61,911 nt of DNA, from the NCBI GenBank assembly GCA_011109175.1, contig RDEW01000065.1, positions 1-61,911 on the forward strand, given 5' to 3'. Under the pieces are notes generated by a model that had not been told where the DNA came from, made no database searches, and saw only the letters and a list, made by a program, of their open reading frames with translations. This DNA comes from Dicyema japonicum. Its lineage: Eukaryota > Animalia > Dicyemida. Below, piece by piece: positions 1-11,805 of the stretch. Every line of letters starts with the position of its first letter. Within the stretch, counting starts at the first letter, position 1. The position numbers and the translations under genes are program-made.

Positions 1-165
1 CTTATGTTTAATGATAGATGGAAAAAAAAACTAGACCAACTACATATTCATGTCAAACCCGACCACAAGGCAATTCCGATACGGATACTCTCGTTGTTCT
101 ACACACGGAAGTCGATAAAAGCTTAGCCAAAAACGTTGTCATCTTTGCACACTGCCCTGTGTGTA

Positions 166-720
166 TGGCTGACTTACCAGCCATAAAGGGTCATTGGCTC
201 TGATATCGCAACCAATGATCACGTCGTTAGACATACCGTAGTGCTTAAGGCAAGAACCAGTTGGATGCTCATAGATGTTCTCCAAGGATATTTTTCCATT
301 TTCTGTTCCAAATGAGATTGCCTTGACTTCATGAACATCATCTACTCCCAAGATATTTTTCTTCCTCTGAAATGATGTCCACACATTTAAAATCTTTTCG
401 ATATAAATATGTATGTCATCACTCCTTTTCTTCCGGTTAGTCCGTATTGACTTTTATCCAGTGAACATCGGGGTAGGAGTATTTATAAGGAGTTTCATCT
501 CTTGATTCAAAACCACTCCGATCTAAAGTCCTCCAAAAGAGAGATCAGTTCCAATATTTTGCCTTTTACTCGGTTGACGTTTAATTGAGAACCGTGGTCC
601 GTATCTTGAGGTGGGTTAGGGGTTCCTCTCTAGTAGTTTAAGCTGAAATCGTTTGCCTCCGAAGGACCAGTATCCTCGGAGGTAAATGTTTAATGGTTCT
701 CTTGGAGGAACATTAGGTTC
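166..720 (-). mobile_element. Degenerate non-LTR retrotransposon fragment (APE endonuclease region)
   Basis: Minus ORF 139-384 has ...ISLENIYEHP...VIIGCDIRANDPLW, resembling the APE motifs 'IY.PP' and 'GDxNAxxxxW'. A paralogous copy lies at ~36828-37400. Confidence 0.6.
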
Positions 721-1291
721 CCTCTGTGCGTTGCAAAAATAATTAAAATAATCATGACTGTTAAAGCAACCAAGACAAGATCGAAGTGATAAATAATATT
801 ATTACTATTTTTTAACAATATCATTTATAATAAATTTATTAGTTTAAATTTGATATTTGTTATGGTGGGGCTTTGATTTAACCTTAAATTTACACAGCAA
901 TGCTATTTTACTACATGTGATATTAAACGTTAAGTTTAGACTGGAAATTGATTTGGGACATACAAATAAGTATGAGATATCAGTGATCTCAAGACTAGAT
1001 AATGATCATTATTTCACCATTTTACATTCCTCATATTTTGAACTAACTTCGATTCTGATTGTGATCGGACTTGTCTTTCTGATTATCTATTAAACTCTTC
1101 ATTTGAGCTCGCCTTTTCAAAAACGGAATATGATTGCGAGCGATTTTATATAGCCGGCGATATGATATTGTTAACTCTCACTCTTAATATTAATTATTTC
1201 TGATCACTGAGAAAAAAGATAACAAATAATTATAGGTACCGTTTCTATTGGTAACCAAACCAGCACTTTTCACTTAACAAATACAGCGGGA

Positions 1292-1510
1292 ATGGCAAAT
1301 GATTCAATATTGTACTCATCTATTACAACTACATTGCAGGGCAATTTTTTTTCATCGATGACTGAGATGGAACAAAGAGCAAGAAAAGTAGTAATTTTCG
1401 GTAATGAATTCATTGGGGATCGAGAAAACAGAGTAATGTTATTAGAAATACTTAATAGTGAAAATGTGAGAGTATTAAATTCTCAACAAAATGATTCTTT
1501 TTATTACTAA
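1292..1510 (+). CDS. Possible 3' exon of an uncharacterised gene convergent with the tetraspanin
   Basis: 72-aa ORF that is open here. The paralog at ~39927-40143 has an in-frame TGA. No recognisable domain. Confidence 0.25.
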   Translation: MANDSILYSSITTTLQGNFFSSMTEMEQRARKVVIFGNEFIGDRENRVMLLEILNSENVRVLNSQQNDSFYY

Positions 1511-1544
1511 AATCCAGACGACGTTGTTAGAGAATATGTTAGTT

Positions 1545-1735
1545 ATAAAGTACATAGTACAGTTATTATTGAGGCTAACTAAACATTAAAAACACAGCAA
1601 ACTGTTATACTCAAAGTCAAGACTGTTCCGGCGACTAAATATCCACTAATCAAATTTAAATAATTTTGAAGTATTGAAAAACATGGCTACATTTAGTAGA
1701 TTCTACAACCGTCAAATACGCCCCAGCATTTGTGC
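1545..1735 (-). pseudogene. TSPAN: 5'-truncated tetraspanin remnant (end of exon 4, exons 5-6, introns 4-5)
   Basis: Nearly identical to 40177-40369 (one mismatch seen). Homology stops abruptly at 1735. Confidence 0.9.
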
Positions 1736-2025
1736 GGAATTGAGGCTCACGTGTGTGTTCAGCAAACTGTCTTTGATCTGATTGATTCAGGTTACAATGT
1801 CTACATTCCAGTGGATGCTGTTTCTGCGCGTACAATGACTGACAGGTTCCTACATTTGTTTTATCCTGCAGGAAATATGCGTTTGAAAGAATTTCAAGGG
1901 CTGGGGCTTACCTCACCACTGCAGACAGTGTTATATTTGAGCTTTGTGGGGATGCGAAGGACCCCAGTTTTAAGAGCATTCAGAAAATAGTTTTTGATCC
2001 TCCGAGCGACAGTGGACTTTGTTAG
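1730..2025 (+). pseudogene. ISOC: C-terminal half of an isochorismatase-domain protein (ISOC1/ISOC2-like), 5'-truncated
   Basis: LCGIEAHVCVQQTVFDLIDSGYNVYIPVDAVSARTMTDR matches the ISOC family motif GIExHVCVxQT. Removing a 26-nt GT-AG intron (1846-1871) gives KYAFERISRAGAYLTTADSVIFELCGDAKDPSFKSIQKIVFDPPSDSGLC* (TAG 2023-2025), a typical ISOC C-terminus. No N-terminal half is present upstream. Confidence 0.9.
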
Positions 2026-2149
2026 TTTCTCTGTTATTTCCTCTCAAATTTTAATTCAATTTTTTGGTTAATATGTGGTTGGATGAGATTTTATATGCTC
2101 CCACTTTTTTAGCACGTGTTTTTTGTGAAGGTAATATATTAAAAAAAGC

Positions 2150-3010
2150 AATTTCAAGTGTTTGTTGACCTGTTAGCGTTCATGGACTAGCTGTCGGGAC
2201 AAGTGGAACGTCAGGTAGGAACTCTCTGTCTTTCCATAACATCCTGGACACCTATTTAAAGCCGTGACATGCGCAAAATTCAGAGGTCCTCCAATTGATC
2301 TCATAGCTATCGTATTAGACAACGCCGCGACGATTTAGTTTGCAGAAATTAACAATTATCATTATTATTAAAAACCAAAGATCACCGACAAATTAAATAA
2401 CTACATAGACGTCACGTTATTCCGGCCGCCTCGAGTAGCCATCTCATTTTTGCTCGGTGTTTTTTTATCCGGATTGGGCGGGGGTTTCTAACTTTTTTGG
2501 AGGGTAGTAAGGCTCCGGTTTTCCTCACTAATGTCTCTAATGTTCACTGGAGGTCCCAGCTTTTTGTAGCATCAATGATAATTGGTCTGGTGAAGGAAGT
2601 AAGAGCCCGATTCGTCTCTTAGGAGAAGTGCCCAGAAAGTATTTGTGCTAGGGTCCTTCTTGTTTCTCTGTCGAGGGTAGATTCTGAGTCATCCACCAGT
2701 TGGGAAGGAGCATCAATTAATTGTTGCAAACAGGTCTTCGATTGCTTTTGTAGAGAGTGGTCATGTATTTACTTTGACTTATATTTATCAGGAGGTGGCT
2801 GAAGAATCTTTACCAGTGCGCGAAGCATGTCCGCTATTGTAGAGATAATAATACAGCAGTTCTTTGTGTGGTTCAAGAAGTGGCAAGGGTGATCTGGTTC
2901 CGTGGTTTCGTTTAAAAATTCGAGGTTCCTCATGCAGAGGTGATCCTCAACTGGCAGAATGAGTGTTTCCAGTGGTGGGACGGTGTGAATTTGCTGCATA
3001 GAATCATTTC
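2150..3010 (-). mobile_element. 3' fragment(s) of a Jockey/I-like LINE ORF2
   Basis: Minus strand reads ETLILPVEDHLCMRNLEFL...HPCHFL and RETRRTLAQILSG, which are typical post-RT C-terminal LINE motifs. Frameshifted. Confidence 0.6.
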
Positions 3011-3239
3011 AGGCTCGACATGGCTTGAAATAAAAATGAAAATCTTCGCAAAATTGTATAAATATAATGATATTTAAAATACGATATAAATTGAAAATAT
3101 TTTAATAATAAATAAATTTTTGAATTTATAAGTCTCGGTGAGGATTATTGACTATCGTTAAGGATGGACTTAAATTCACAGATGTCACCCCTTCTGTATC
3201 TTCTTTCTGCGAAGGATCTTATTCTGGAACAGATTTCTA

Positions 3240-5622
3240 TTGAAGTTCCCTTTTATTTTTTTGTTTTACACTACGTAATGTCTATATCTATATCCCGCCT
3301 CAGGGGTCATGTACTACTTCCTACATCCCCAACTTATTGAACCTGTGTGGACTAAAGGATCTGCTACTATGCAGAGACTTAAACGCGAAACATCCACTCT
3401 GGCTCCGGACTCAATCAGCCGACAGTTGCGGCGAATACATCCTTTCCCTGCTCAATGATCTGACTATCCTTAATAATCCGGACACCCACACAAGAACCCC
3501 GTCCCGCAGAAGGGACAGTCCAACATCCTCAGGACCTGTCCCTTTGCTCTCCCTCTATGGCTGGATGTATTTCATGGAATGTTCGTTATGGTTTCTCAAG
3601 CGACCATAACCCCATTGTGTTGAGACCTAGAAGGCCTATTTGTTCACCGTGTTGTTTTACAAAGTTCAAAAATTACTTGAAAGCCGACTGGAAAGGTTTC
3701 ACGCATGTGGACAATAGTCTCCTTGACCTTACTATGATTAATTGCACAGTAGAGGAGACGGCCAAGATTCTGTCTGCTATATTCTGAAAGCTGATAAACT
3801 ATTTATACATGTCGCCTCTTACAAGAAGTTCAATCTAAGATTATCATCACAAATTGTGTCACTCATCAAGAAACGAGATGCGCTGAAGAGGAATAAAACA
3901 CAATAATAACTCTACTCCATACGTTCACTGAATACCAAATTATCTGAGCATATCCGAACTAACAACAGACTCAAATGGAGCCGCCTAGTTGGACGACTAT
4001 GTCACAAAAACTCTTGTGCCACATTTTGGAAAACACTAAGAAGGATCAATAGCCTTATCAATGAGGAGGACTGCTGAGCTGAGGCCGTTACCCGCAACGC
4101 TTGGAACCGCACGCAAACTCGCAAACAAGATTATGAAGTACTACGTATCGATCAGCCATAAAAATCTTTCCACAACAAGAACCATATTCCATTCTTCACC
4201 CCTGATGATGTTGAAAAGGCTATTAAATTGCTATGTCCCACTCGTGCTTGTGATCCCGACGGTATTTGCACTATTCACCGCAAACATCTTGGATTTCAGG
4301 CACGGGCCATACTATCAAGACTGTGCAACGACTCAACTCAACTACCACAGGCTACCTAAAAACCCAAAAAACCAAAAGACGTTCCCTCTTCTTACCGGCC
4401 CATCTCAATAACTTGTGTTAGATCAAAAGTACTGGAAATGCTTGTGTTAATGCGCATCTCTCCTGTTCTACATCTACCAGAGTTTCAACATGGTTTCAGG
4501 GCAGACCGTTCTACAAAGACTCACTTGGGTTCTATCTCCCAGTTTATTACTGACGGCTTCAACATGAGAACACACTTACGGACGGCCTTAGAATCCATCG
4601 ATATACAGAAGCCCCATGATTCTGTTCCGACGAAATTCCAAACGCAAAAGATTTTTAACTCGAACTTACACCCAAACATCAAGCTATGGCTGGAAAACTT
4701 CTTAACTGGACGATGAAAGAGTCCGTTTTGACAAAACCACTTCAAAATCAAGACTACTCCCCAACGGAGTCCGCAAGGCTCCCCTCTATCTCTTCTCCTT
4801 TTCAACCTATTTATGCATGACTCACCTACTACCAATGACTAGGACACTATGTTTTTATCCTATGCGGACGACCTAATTATCGCTGCAAGAAATAAATTTC
4901 CTTCCATGGCTGTAGCAACTGTTCAGACACACCTAAACCGAATTTGTGACTAACTATCTGCAAATGTTATGTGTATCAGCATCCAAGTCTCAGTTCACAT
5001 TATTCACTACTGACAAAAGGTTTAATGGTGGGTTTGAAATATCCATCGGAAACACTCCCATTCCTTGTACGCGGACCCAGGAGATCCTTGATGTAGTTTT
5101 CGACTCTCTGTTGACGTTTTCGAGTCACGTGACGGAGGTGCTGCCAAAGGTCTTCGGAAATGGAACATTCTGAATGCGATGATAAAGAAGAGCCCTTTCC
5201 CTTGGCCGACTGCATCAAAGGTATATCAACAAGTAATCATATCCGACCATTGAATATGCCTGCTCGCCTGAAGGTTTGCATTCCCTTTCGAGAGTGGACC
5301 GTTTGAACTCCCTCAGCGGAGAATTATGCACCGCACGGACATCCCCATTGGCGACCTCGTTTCTGATGAGGCAACGTCGAAAAATGGCTAGGGTTTCTTA
5401 CGTTTCTGCAAGGAACTGGGGAACACATTCAAGGAAAATGTGGCCTATGCAGAGGAATTTCGATCGGTAATAAAAAAGTGCACACCATTGAATTCCTTTG
5501 CAGAAGCAAGAGAATACGCTTCCGGTGTGCGGTTAGATCATCAGAAGACCAATTGACGAGAGTTCCGGATGTTGCTGGAAGCTGGGATCACATAATTAGT
5601 TAGTTTTGACCTATCATTCCTG
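3240..5622 (+). mobile_element. Decayed Jockey/I-like LINE (APE plus reverse transcriptase)
   Basis: APE: DLNAKHPLW and SSDHNPI. RT: FQHGFR, DIQKPHDSV, PQGSPLS and YADDLII. The ORF ends AGIT* followed by TTAGTTAG. The 3' end is cut by the N at 5623. Many stops and frameshifts. Confidence 0.92.
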
Positions 5623-5623
5623 N
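5623..5623. other. Single N (assembly gap or ambiguity)
   Basis: Literal n in the sequence, exactly where homology to 44805 onward begins. Confidence 0.95.
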
Positions 5624-6199
5624 TTCAAAATACTAAAAAGTCTGTTTCTGCCCATGTAAGAATTGTTGTGTTCAGACTAAAAACTTAAAGATTGAACATA
5701 CCTTAATTGTTAATCGTTTTAGCTCTAGTTCGTCGTTTGCAATTTATAATTTGTTTCCTACAAATGAGCAATTATAAATATACGTAGATATATGGCACAT
5801 CGTTTTCAAACGTAAAACTACTAACAAGTCTTTTATAGCTCCTCTTATCGGATAATGTCAAATCTGAAGTCAATTTCTTTAAATTCCTTAATTATTTTCC
5901 GATCGTGAAGAAACAATTGAACAACAAAAACCATCAGTCGCGTGCTAATAAAGCGTGCTAAATAATTTTTAAATAATTTAAATTAATTATTATTATGAAA
6001 CAATTAATATATTAAAAACTAAGTACTTTGATACAAAATCACGTGTTGTTACAACGTGTTGTTGTGGTGTTTATACATTCTCTGAAACTTATTCCAATAT
6101 TAGAGCTGTTACTGGGGAAAGACCTGGCAGCTTACCCTGTATTTAAATGCCAAGAAAATCTTATGAGCAAACTCTCCTACGATCAATTGAAAGCAACGT

Positions 6200-8760
6200 T
6201 ACGGCAAAACATCAAATCTCGAGTCTTCGTCACACAGAATCTCACAAATTCGCAACATGGAACGTAATATGTTTAATCGATGAGAAACTAGAAGTCGTAA
6301 AATGAGAAATGAGAAGGCTTGATATTGACTTGCTTGGAGTAACCGAACTTCATTGGAATGGTAGTGGTTTTTTCGCTATGATGATTTCGTCGTATATTAT
6401 TCTGGTAACATTAATGCGAAGAGAAACGGAGTGGCCTTCAATGCTTCAAAGAAAATTGCACCTGCTATTGAAAGTCATAGAATATTTAATGATGGATAAT
6501 ACTAATCCACGTCCGTGGACGATTTTGAATATTTCGGTCATGCTAGTGTATGGCCCAACATCTATTGCCAAGGATTACAAAATTGACCAATTTTATTATG
6601 AATTTTAAAAGCCATTAATATCCCAAAAGGAGATAAACTACATAATGGGGGATTTCAATTCAAAAGTTGGGTGTATGCCACATACGGATATTGTGTGAAG
6701 TTTTGGTTTGGGGAATAGAAATGATGCTGGGGATCGACTGGTCCAATTCTGTCAGGAAAATGGATTTCAGATAACTAACACATAGTTTAACAGCACGAAC
6801 GACGATTATACACTTGGACGTCGCCAAAAAATGTCTAGGAACTAGATTGATTGTATTTTGTGCGCCAAACATTGAAAAAGCTCTATAACAGCCGTCAAAA
6901 AATATCCAGGAGCAGACTGTGGAACAGACCATCACCTACTTGTTGCAAAAATTGCCGGCCAAGTGCTCTGAGTGGCTTTCTGCCAACACCCTAAAAATTG
7001 CTTATGCTCGTAAAGCTGCTATAGTCTCGGGATAAAAGAAAATCAACATCGTCTAATGCCAAATGCCGAAGTGATTAGACTGGATGTCTAAGCAGGATTC
7101 AGGAAGAGACGTGGTACTTGTAACCATATAGCAAATGTCCGGTGGATTATGGAAAAAGCCCATGAATCCAAAAAGAGTGTATACATGTGCTTAATTGACT
7201 ATCGGAAAGCATTTGATTCCGATATACATGACAAGCTGTGGTCCGTTTTAAAGGATTTTGATTCGATGCCCATCTGGTATTACTTATCAAATCTCTTTAT
7301 AAGGATCAAGAAGCTACTGTTAGAACAGTTTATGGAGATACCGATTGGTTCAAAATTGGTAAAGGAGTAAGACAAGGATGCTTATTATCTCCTATTAAAT
7401 ATTTATGCCGAAATGATCATGATAAATTGGATACTGTATCAAATAACAGGATTAAAATTGGAGGCAGGAACATCGATAATTTGCGTTATGCTGACGATAC
7501 TACCATACTGGCTGAAACAGAGGATGGCCTCAGGGAGTTGATTATAAGATTCCGAGAAGAGAGCGTTGTCATTGGTTTATTCCTAATTATCAAGAAGACC
7601 AAAATTATGACTACTGCTAATAATGGAACTAAAAATTGGGAATGAGAAAACAGAGAGTTGCGATAATGTTGTCTTTCTGGGATGTCTAATTAATCGGAAT
7701 AGTGACGGAAACTTGGAAATCAAGAGGCAAATTGCCATGGGACGAGACACCTTTCAAGAATGAATAGAATTTGGAATTGCAAAGATATTTGCTCAAGGAC
7801 CAAATGCAGACAGGTTAGTGCAATCGTGTAAAGTTTTTCTATACGAAACCTAAAGTTAGTGCTGGTGAAAAGGCATGATGAACTAGCACTACTTATGAGG
7901 ACTGCCAAGGCAGATGTCTTGGTAGTCAACGAAACAAAGATTCGAGAAGGAAAGAATTATATTCTGGAAGGATATGACTCAGTGGCATTCCATGGAAAGA
8001 TAGAGCAGTTACTGGAACCGGAACCTCAATCTTCTTTCATAAACTATTGCAAACTCGGAGCGACTGCATTGTATTGGCCGACGATTCGGAATTCGTGTCT
8101 GTCGACGTGCGATGTGGTGGGACATGGATAACCGTGGGAGGGCTATACTCTAAAGACTTGGCCCGGTCTTCTGCGAAAATTGTTGAGTTCTTCGAAAGAA
8201 ACCCGATGTCGATTCTGGTAGGAGATCTGAACGCCAAGAACAGGAGATCTGAACGCCAGAACAGTTGCGATAATGTTGTCTTTGTCTAATTAATCGGAAC
8301 AGTGACGGAAACTTTGAAATCAATTGGCAAATTGCCATGGGACGAGACACCTTTCAGAGAATGAATAGAATTTGGAAATGCATAGATATTTGCTCAAGGA
8401 CCAAATGCAGGCAGGTTAATGCAATCGTGTTCCCAGTTTTTCTATACGACGCAGAATCATGAATACTGAAAATGCGTATAAACGAAAAATTGATGCTTTT
8501 GAGCTGTGGTGGTGAAGGAGGTAACTAAGAATCCCTTGGACTTCCAAAATAAAAAACATCGATGTACTCAAACCTGTAGAGACGGACATTTCGCTAAAAG
8601 GAAGAATCGTAAACACAGATTGGCGTTCATCATGATTAGTTACAGACGTCCATACTTCCAGTTGTGGAAACTCCTGAAGTTCAGTGTGGTAGAGCAAATG
8701 ATCCCTTTTTTGTGTTATCCCACACTGGGCGCCACCTAAACTGTTGAATCACATGATGTC
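6200..8760 (+). mobile_element. Decayed RTE-clade (BovB-like) LINE with an internal deletion and an inserted foreign fragment
   Basis: KFATWNV...EMRRLDIDLLGVTELHW (APE), ADCGTDHHLLVAK, QAGFR, CLIDYRKAFD, VRQGCLLS and NLRYADDT (RT). Paralog at ~45390-47140. Confidence 0.9.
7850..8260 (+). mobile_element. APE N-terminal fragment of a different LINE embedded in the RTE copy
   Basis: ELALLMRTAKADVLVVNETK and ILVGDLNAK motifs. Absent from the paralog at ~47010. Ends in a ~21-bp tandem repeat (aggagatctgaacgccaagaac). Confidence 0.75.
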
Positions 8761-8844
8761 ATTCTAATTAGAAAAGAGAAGAGGAACAGACAAACAAGAA
8801 AAAAACTTCAAAAATATTTTTTTCGAATTTGTAATAGGAAGATT

Positions 8845-11290
8845 CTAAGATAAATGCTTAGAAAGGATATTCTGCTTAGAATTAATGAAGCAATCAAGCA
8901 ATGTATTGATTCTTTTTCTAGCGCGGATTTCAACGATATCGCTGATATCATATATGCTGGGCAGTCCTCTTATGATGCTCTTACCAAGAAGCAAAACACT
9001 AAATAATAATTTATTTATTAGTAAAAGAGTTTTCCGATCCATTAGCAAAAGAGTTACTGGATCAGAGATCTTTTTTGCTGATTTCACTAATGAAAAATCA
9101 CCAGTGACCACCAATCATCATAATCCGTCTAAATCTATGTTTTGTTGGAATTATTCTCAATGGTCTAAAAATCCATGAATCAACATTTGTTTTTCCAGGT
9201 TTGTATGTCCCTGAGACAACAAGCTGAAGACCAAATGTTCTAAACAACTTTGGAGACACTCTACCCAAATGAAGAGTAATGTGCTTTAATAACTACCAGA
9301 ATGACAACCTGTTGAATTCTTCTGCTTTGTCACTAGAAATTTCCAAATAAATCATCCATTCTTTAGTTATCAGACAGACAATCGTTAAAGAGTCCAAATA
9401 TAGTCTCGCCTGAAACAATCGATGACAATAATAAGTCATAAAATATCTTTCATAGTCAGTCCACGGTATATCATTTCATATAAACTTTTGAATATTTCAG
9501 CATTCCCTACAATAACAGAATAGTTAAACTTCAATATTTTGTTCTGAAGTGTTCAGAGAAAACGATTCATCGAGGCATTTATACCAAACTCTTACCAAGT
9601 CAATCCAATCCTAATTAGCTCAACAGTCATCTTTGTAGTTACTATAATTAACAATATAATGTCAGACTTTAGTTTTGGATTTGATAGGTGAACCGAACAA
9701 ATCACTTCATTGTCATTTCAACTTTGACATCAACGGCTGAATTGAGAGGCATTATATGGCGGTAAAATACAACTTGAGAATGAGCCAGACCAATCATAAT
9801 TAGAAGATCGCTTATTGTTTTTGCAAGCCTAACAACATTACTGTCAATCATTGAAATGAGTTGAGGGAAACGAGTAACCAATTATCAATATGTATCATTT
9901 GTAATTCATGGTTCATTTATGTGCGAACAGCACATTTAATCCACATTATAAATCTGTCAATATGTGCACAACATAATAGCTGAAAAAATGTTGAAGAGTC
10001 ATAACACTCATCAAGCATGAGAAATAGTCTTGTAAAATCCATTTAACGCATTAACACAGAACATCAAAACTTGATCTACTTATAAATAAAGTAAATAAAC
10101 AACCGAACATGGAGAATTTGTGACATGCATTGCCTCATAGTTATAAAGAGCATAATTATGCTCTAACTACAAATTAAAATCATATATACCTCATAAATGT
10201 CACTAGAATAACATTTATTTGAATTAATTTTATTCATATAAATCATCAAGGAAGTTGAGCAGAGGCTTTATAGAAGTACTATTTATTCCGTAAAATTGTT
10301 CATGAAATTATAAAGTAATTTATAAGAGAAAGAGATTTCTCTAAAAATCATAGAGAATATTAGGCTTTTTTTAGAGTAAGTTTTATTTATTTGTGATAAA
10401 ATGTTATGATGATTTTACTTATTCTATAAGTCATCAACTAAACTTATGACAAAGCGATTTATTCAGAGAGACGTTACATTAAGTCTGTATCGCTTATCTC
10501 TGTTACCCAAACTACTACCATACGTTAAGTGGACGATTGTGCCACGAAAAGACCCTGGTGGTAAAACTAACATAAACTTTTTTTAAGTGGATATCATATC
10601 AAAGGAATAAGACTTTAGTTGATTAGATAAAATGTTCATCATGAAGATCAATAATTTAAAATACTATAATGGAGTGCATGAAGTGCAGATTCATAATCAT
10701 TCTTAGCAATTGATCTCACTGATAAGTAGAACGCTCTCTAGGGAGTGTTAAAGGGTAATTTTTCATTATAATTATCAGATATTCTCCACTTTCCGAACTC
10801 CCATAATGTAAGTGATCCAATGGCTGACAATTTATTATCACTTGATATGATATTAAGGTAATATTCAATCTCAGTTTTTAATTGATCAATACAAATGTTA
10901 ATAATGAAACTAGTAACCAAGATTTAATTAATATCTTAAATAACCAACGGTGGATTCTTCACAATTGTCGTTTTGTTCTCCTTCAATGCTGACTCCCAAT
11001 CTACTATCGTTCTGCCATTGTCGAATAAGTCTCTGTTTGTTACTTAGATCAGATAAATCTAACAAATTCCACTCACTCAGCCAGAAGAGGCAAGTAAAAT
11101 TATATAAACTAATAGTCACCAAAAAATTTACTTGCAAAAATTTCCATCTATCTTCAGTAGAGAACGTCATCTCACTGTAATATAAAGCCTTTGTAAAATC
11201 CAGACGATCTAGTCTACTTTGTACAACAGTGGTAAAAAAAGCATTTATTCTGCCAATAATATGTAAATTACATAAAAATAAAAGCATTTA
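8845..11290 (-). pseudogene. Degraded orphan coding region(s) of unknown family
   Basis: A run of short minus-strand ORFs conserved with the paralog at 47920-50700. No motif recognised. Could be micro-intron-rich genes or pseudogenes. Confidence 0.35.
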
Positions 11291-11325
11291 TTCTGCCAAA
11301 TAATATGTAAAATAACATAAAAATA
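11236..11325 (+). repeat. ~45-bp tandem duplication
   Basis: aaaagcatttattctgccaa(a)taatatgtaaa..acataaaaata occurs twice. The paralog (~50700-50745) has a single copy. Confidence 0.85.
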
Positions 11326-11335
11326 GAGTTCAAAA

Positions 11336-11805
11336 GACATATTTATTTATAACAATAAAATCGTTCTACAGTCCAGCGGATATGATCGAGTGGCTGTTAC
11401 CTCTGACTACTGCCAGGGATATCCTTTGGAAAAGCCACTCGGTTTCCCGACGCTCCTCGAGGCTTTGGTCAATAGACACCCAAGTGCTCTAAGGAAAGAG
11501 ACCGTCTTGGAGCCAAAGACTCCGCTCGTCTCGACGACCACTGGTTGTACATGGAAACGGTTTAGGAGGCTGCTGTATTTCTTTATTTTTGAGTTTTCAT
11601 ATAAACGGGCGGCCTCTCCCGCTTTCATTGCCGACCTCAAAAGTTTCGACTGGGAAAAGCTGTCAGTACAGGCAGCATCCCAAATTAAGCATTTGCCCCG
11701 AGAGAAGGGGAAGACAGTAATTCCATCGGGTCGCTTCCCATCATCCCTACTCAAGCCCGTTGGCTCTAGAATGGATGGGTATCGAGGTGGATGGGTATCG
11801 CCAAC
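11336..11805 (-). mobile_element. 5'-truncated CRE-type (restriction-like endonuclease) non-LTR retrotransposon with a 12-bp TSD
   Basis: LEPTGLSRDDGKRPDG...WD...KY...PVVVETSG and, after a frameshift, WLFQRISLAVVRGN, the PD-(D/E)xK REL domain of CRE-like elements. TSD TAGAGTTCAAAA at 11324-11335 and 11806-11817. Empty site at ~50745. Confidence 0.88.

Noticed and set aside
1730-1990. Track ORF tail FLHLFYPAGNMRLKEFQG...
   Set aside because: This is read-through of the 26-nt intron into the wrong frame. The spliced frame gives the true ISOC C-terminus.
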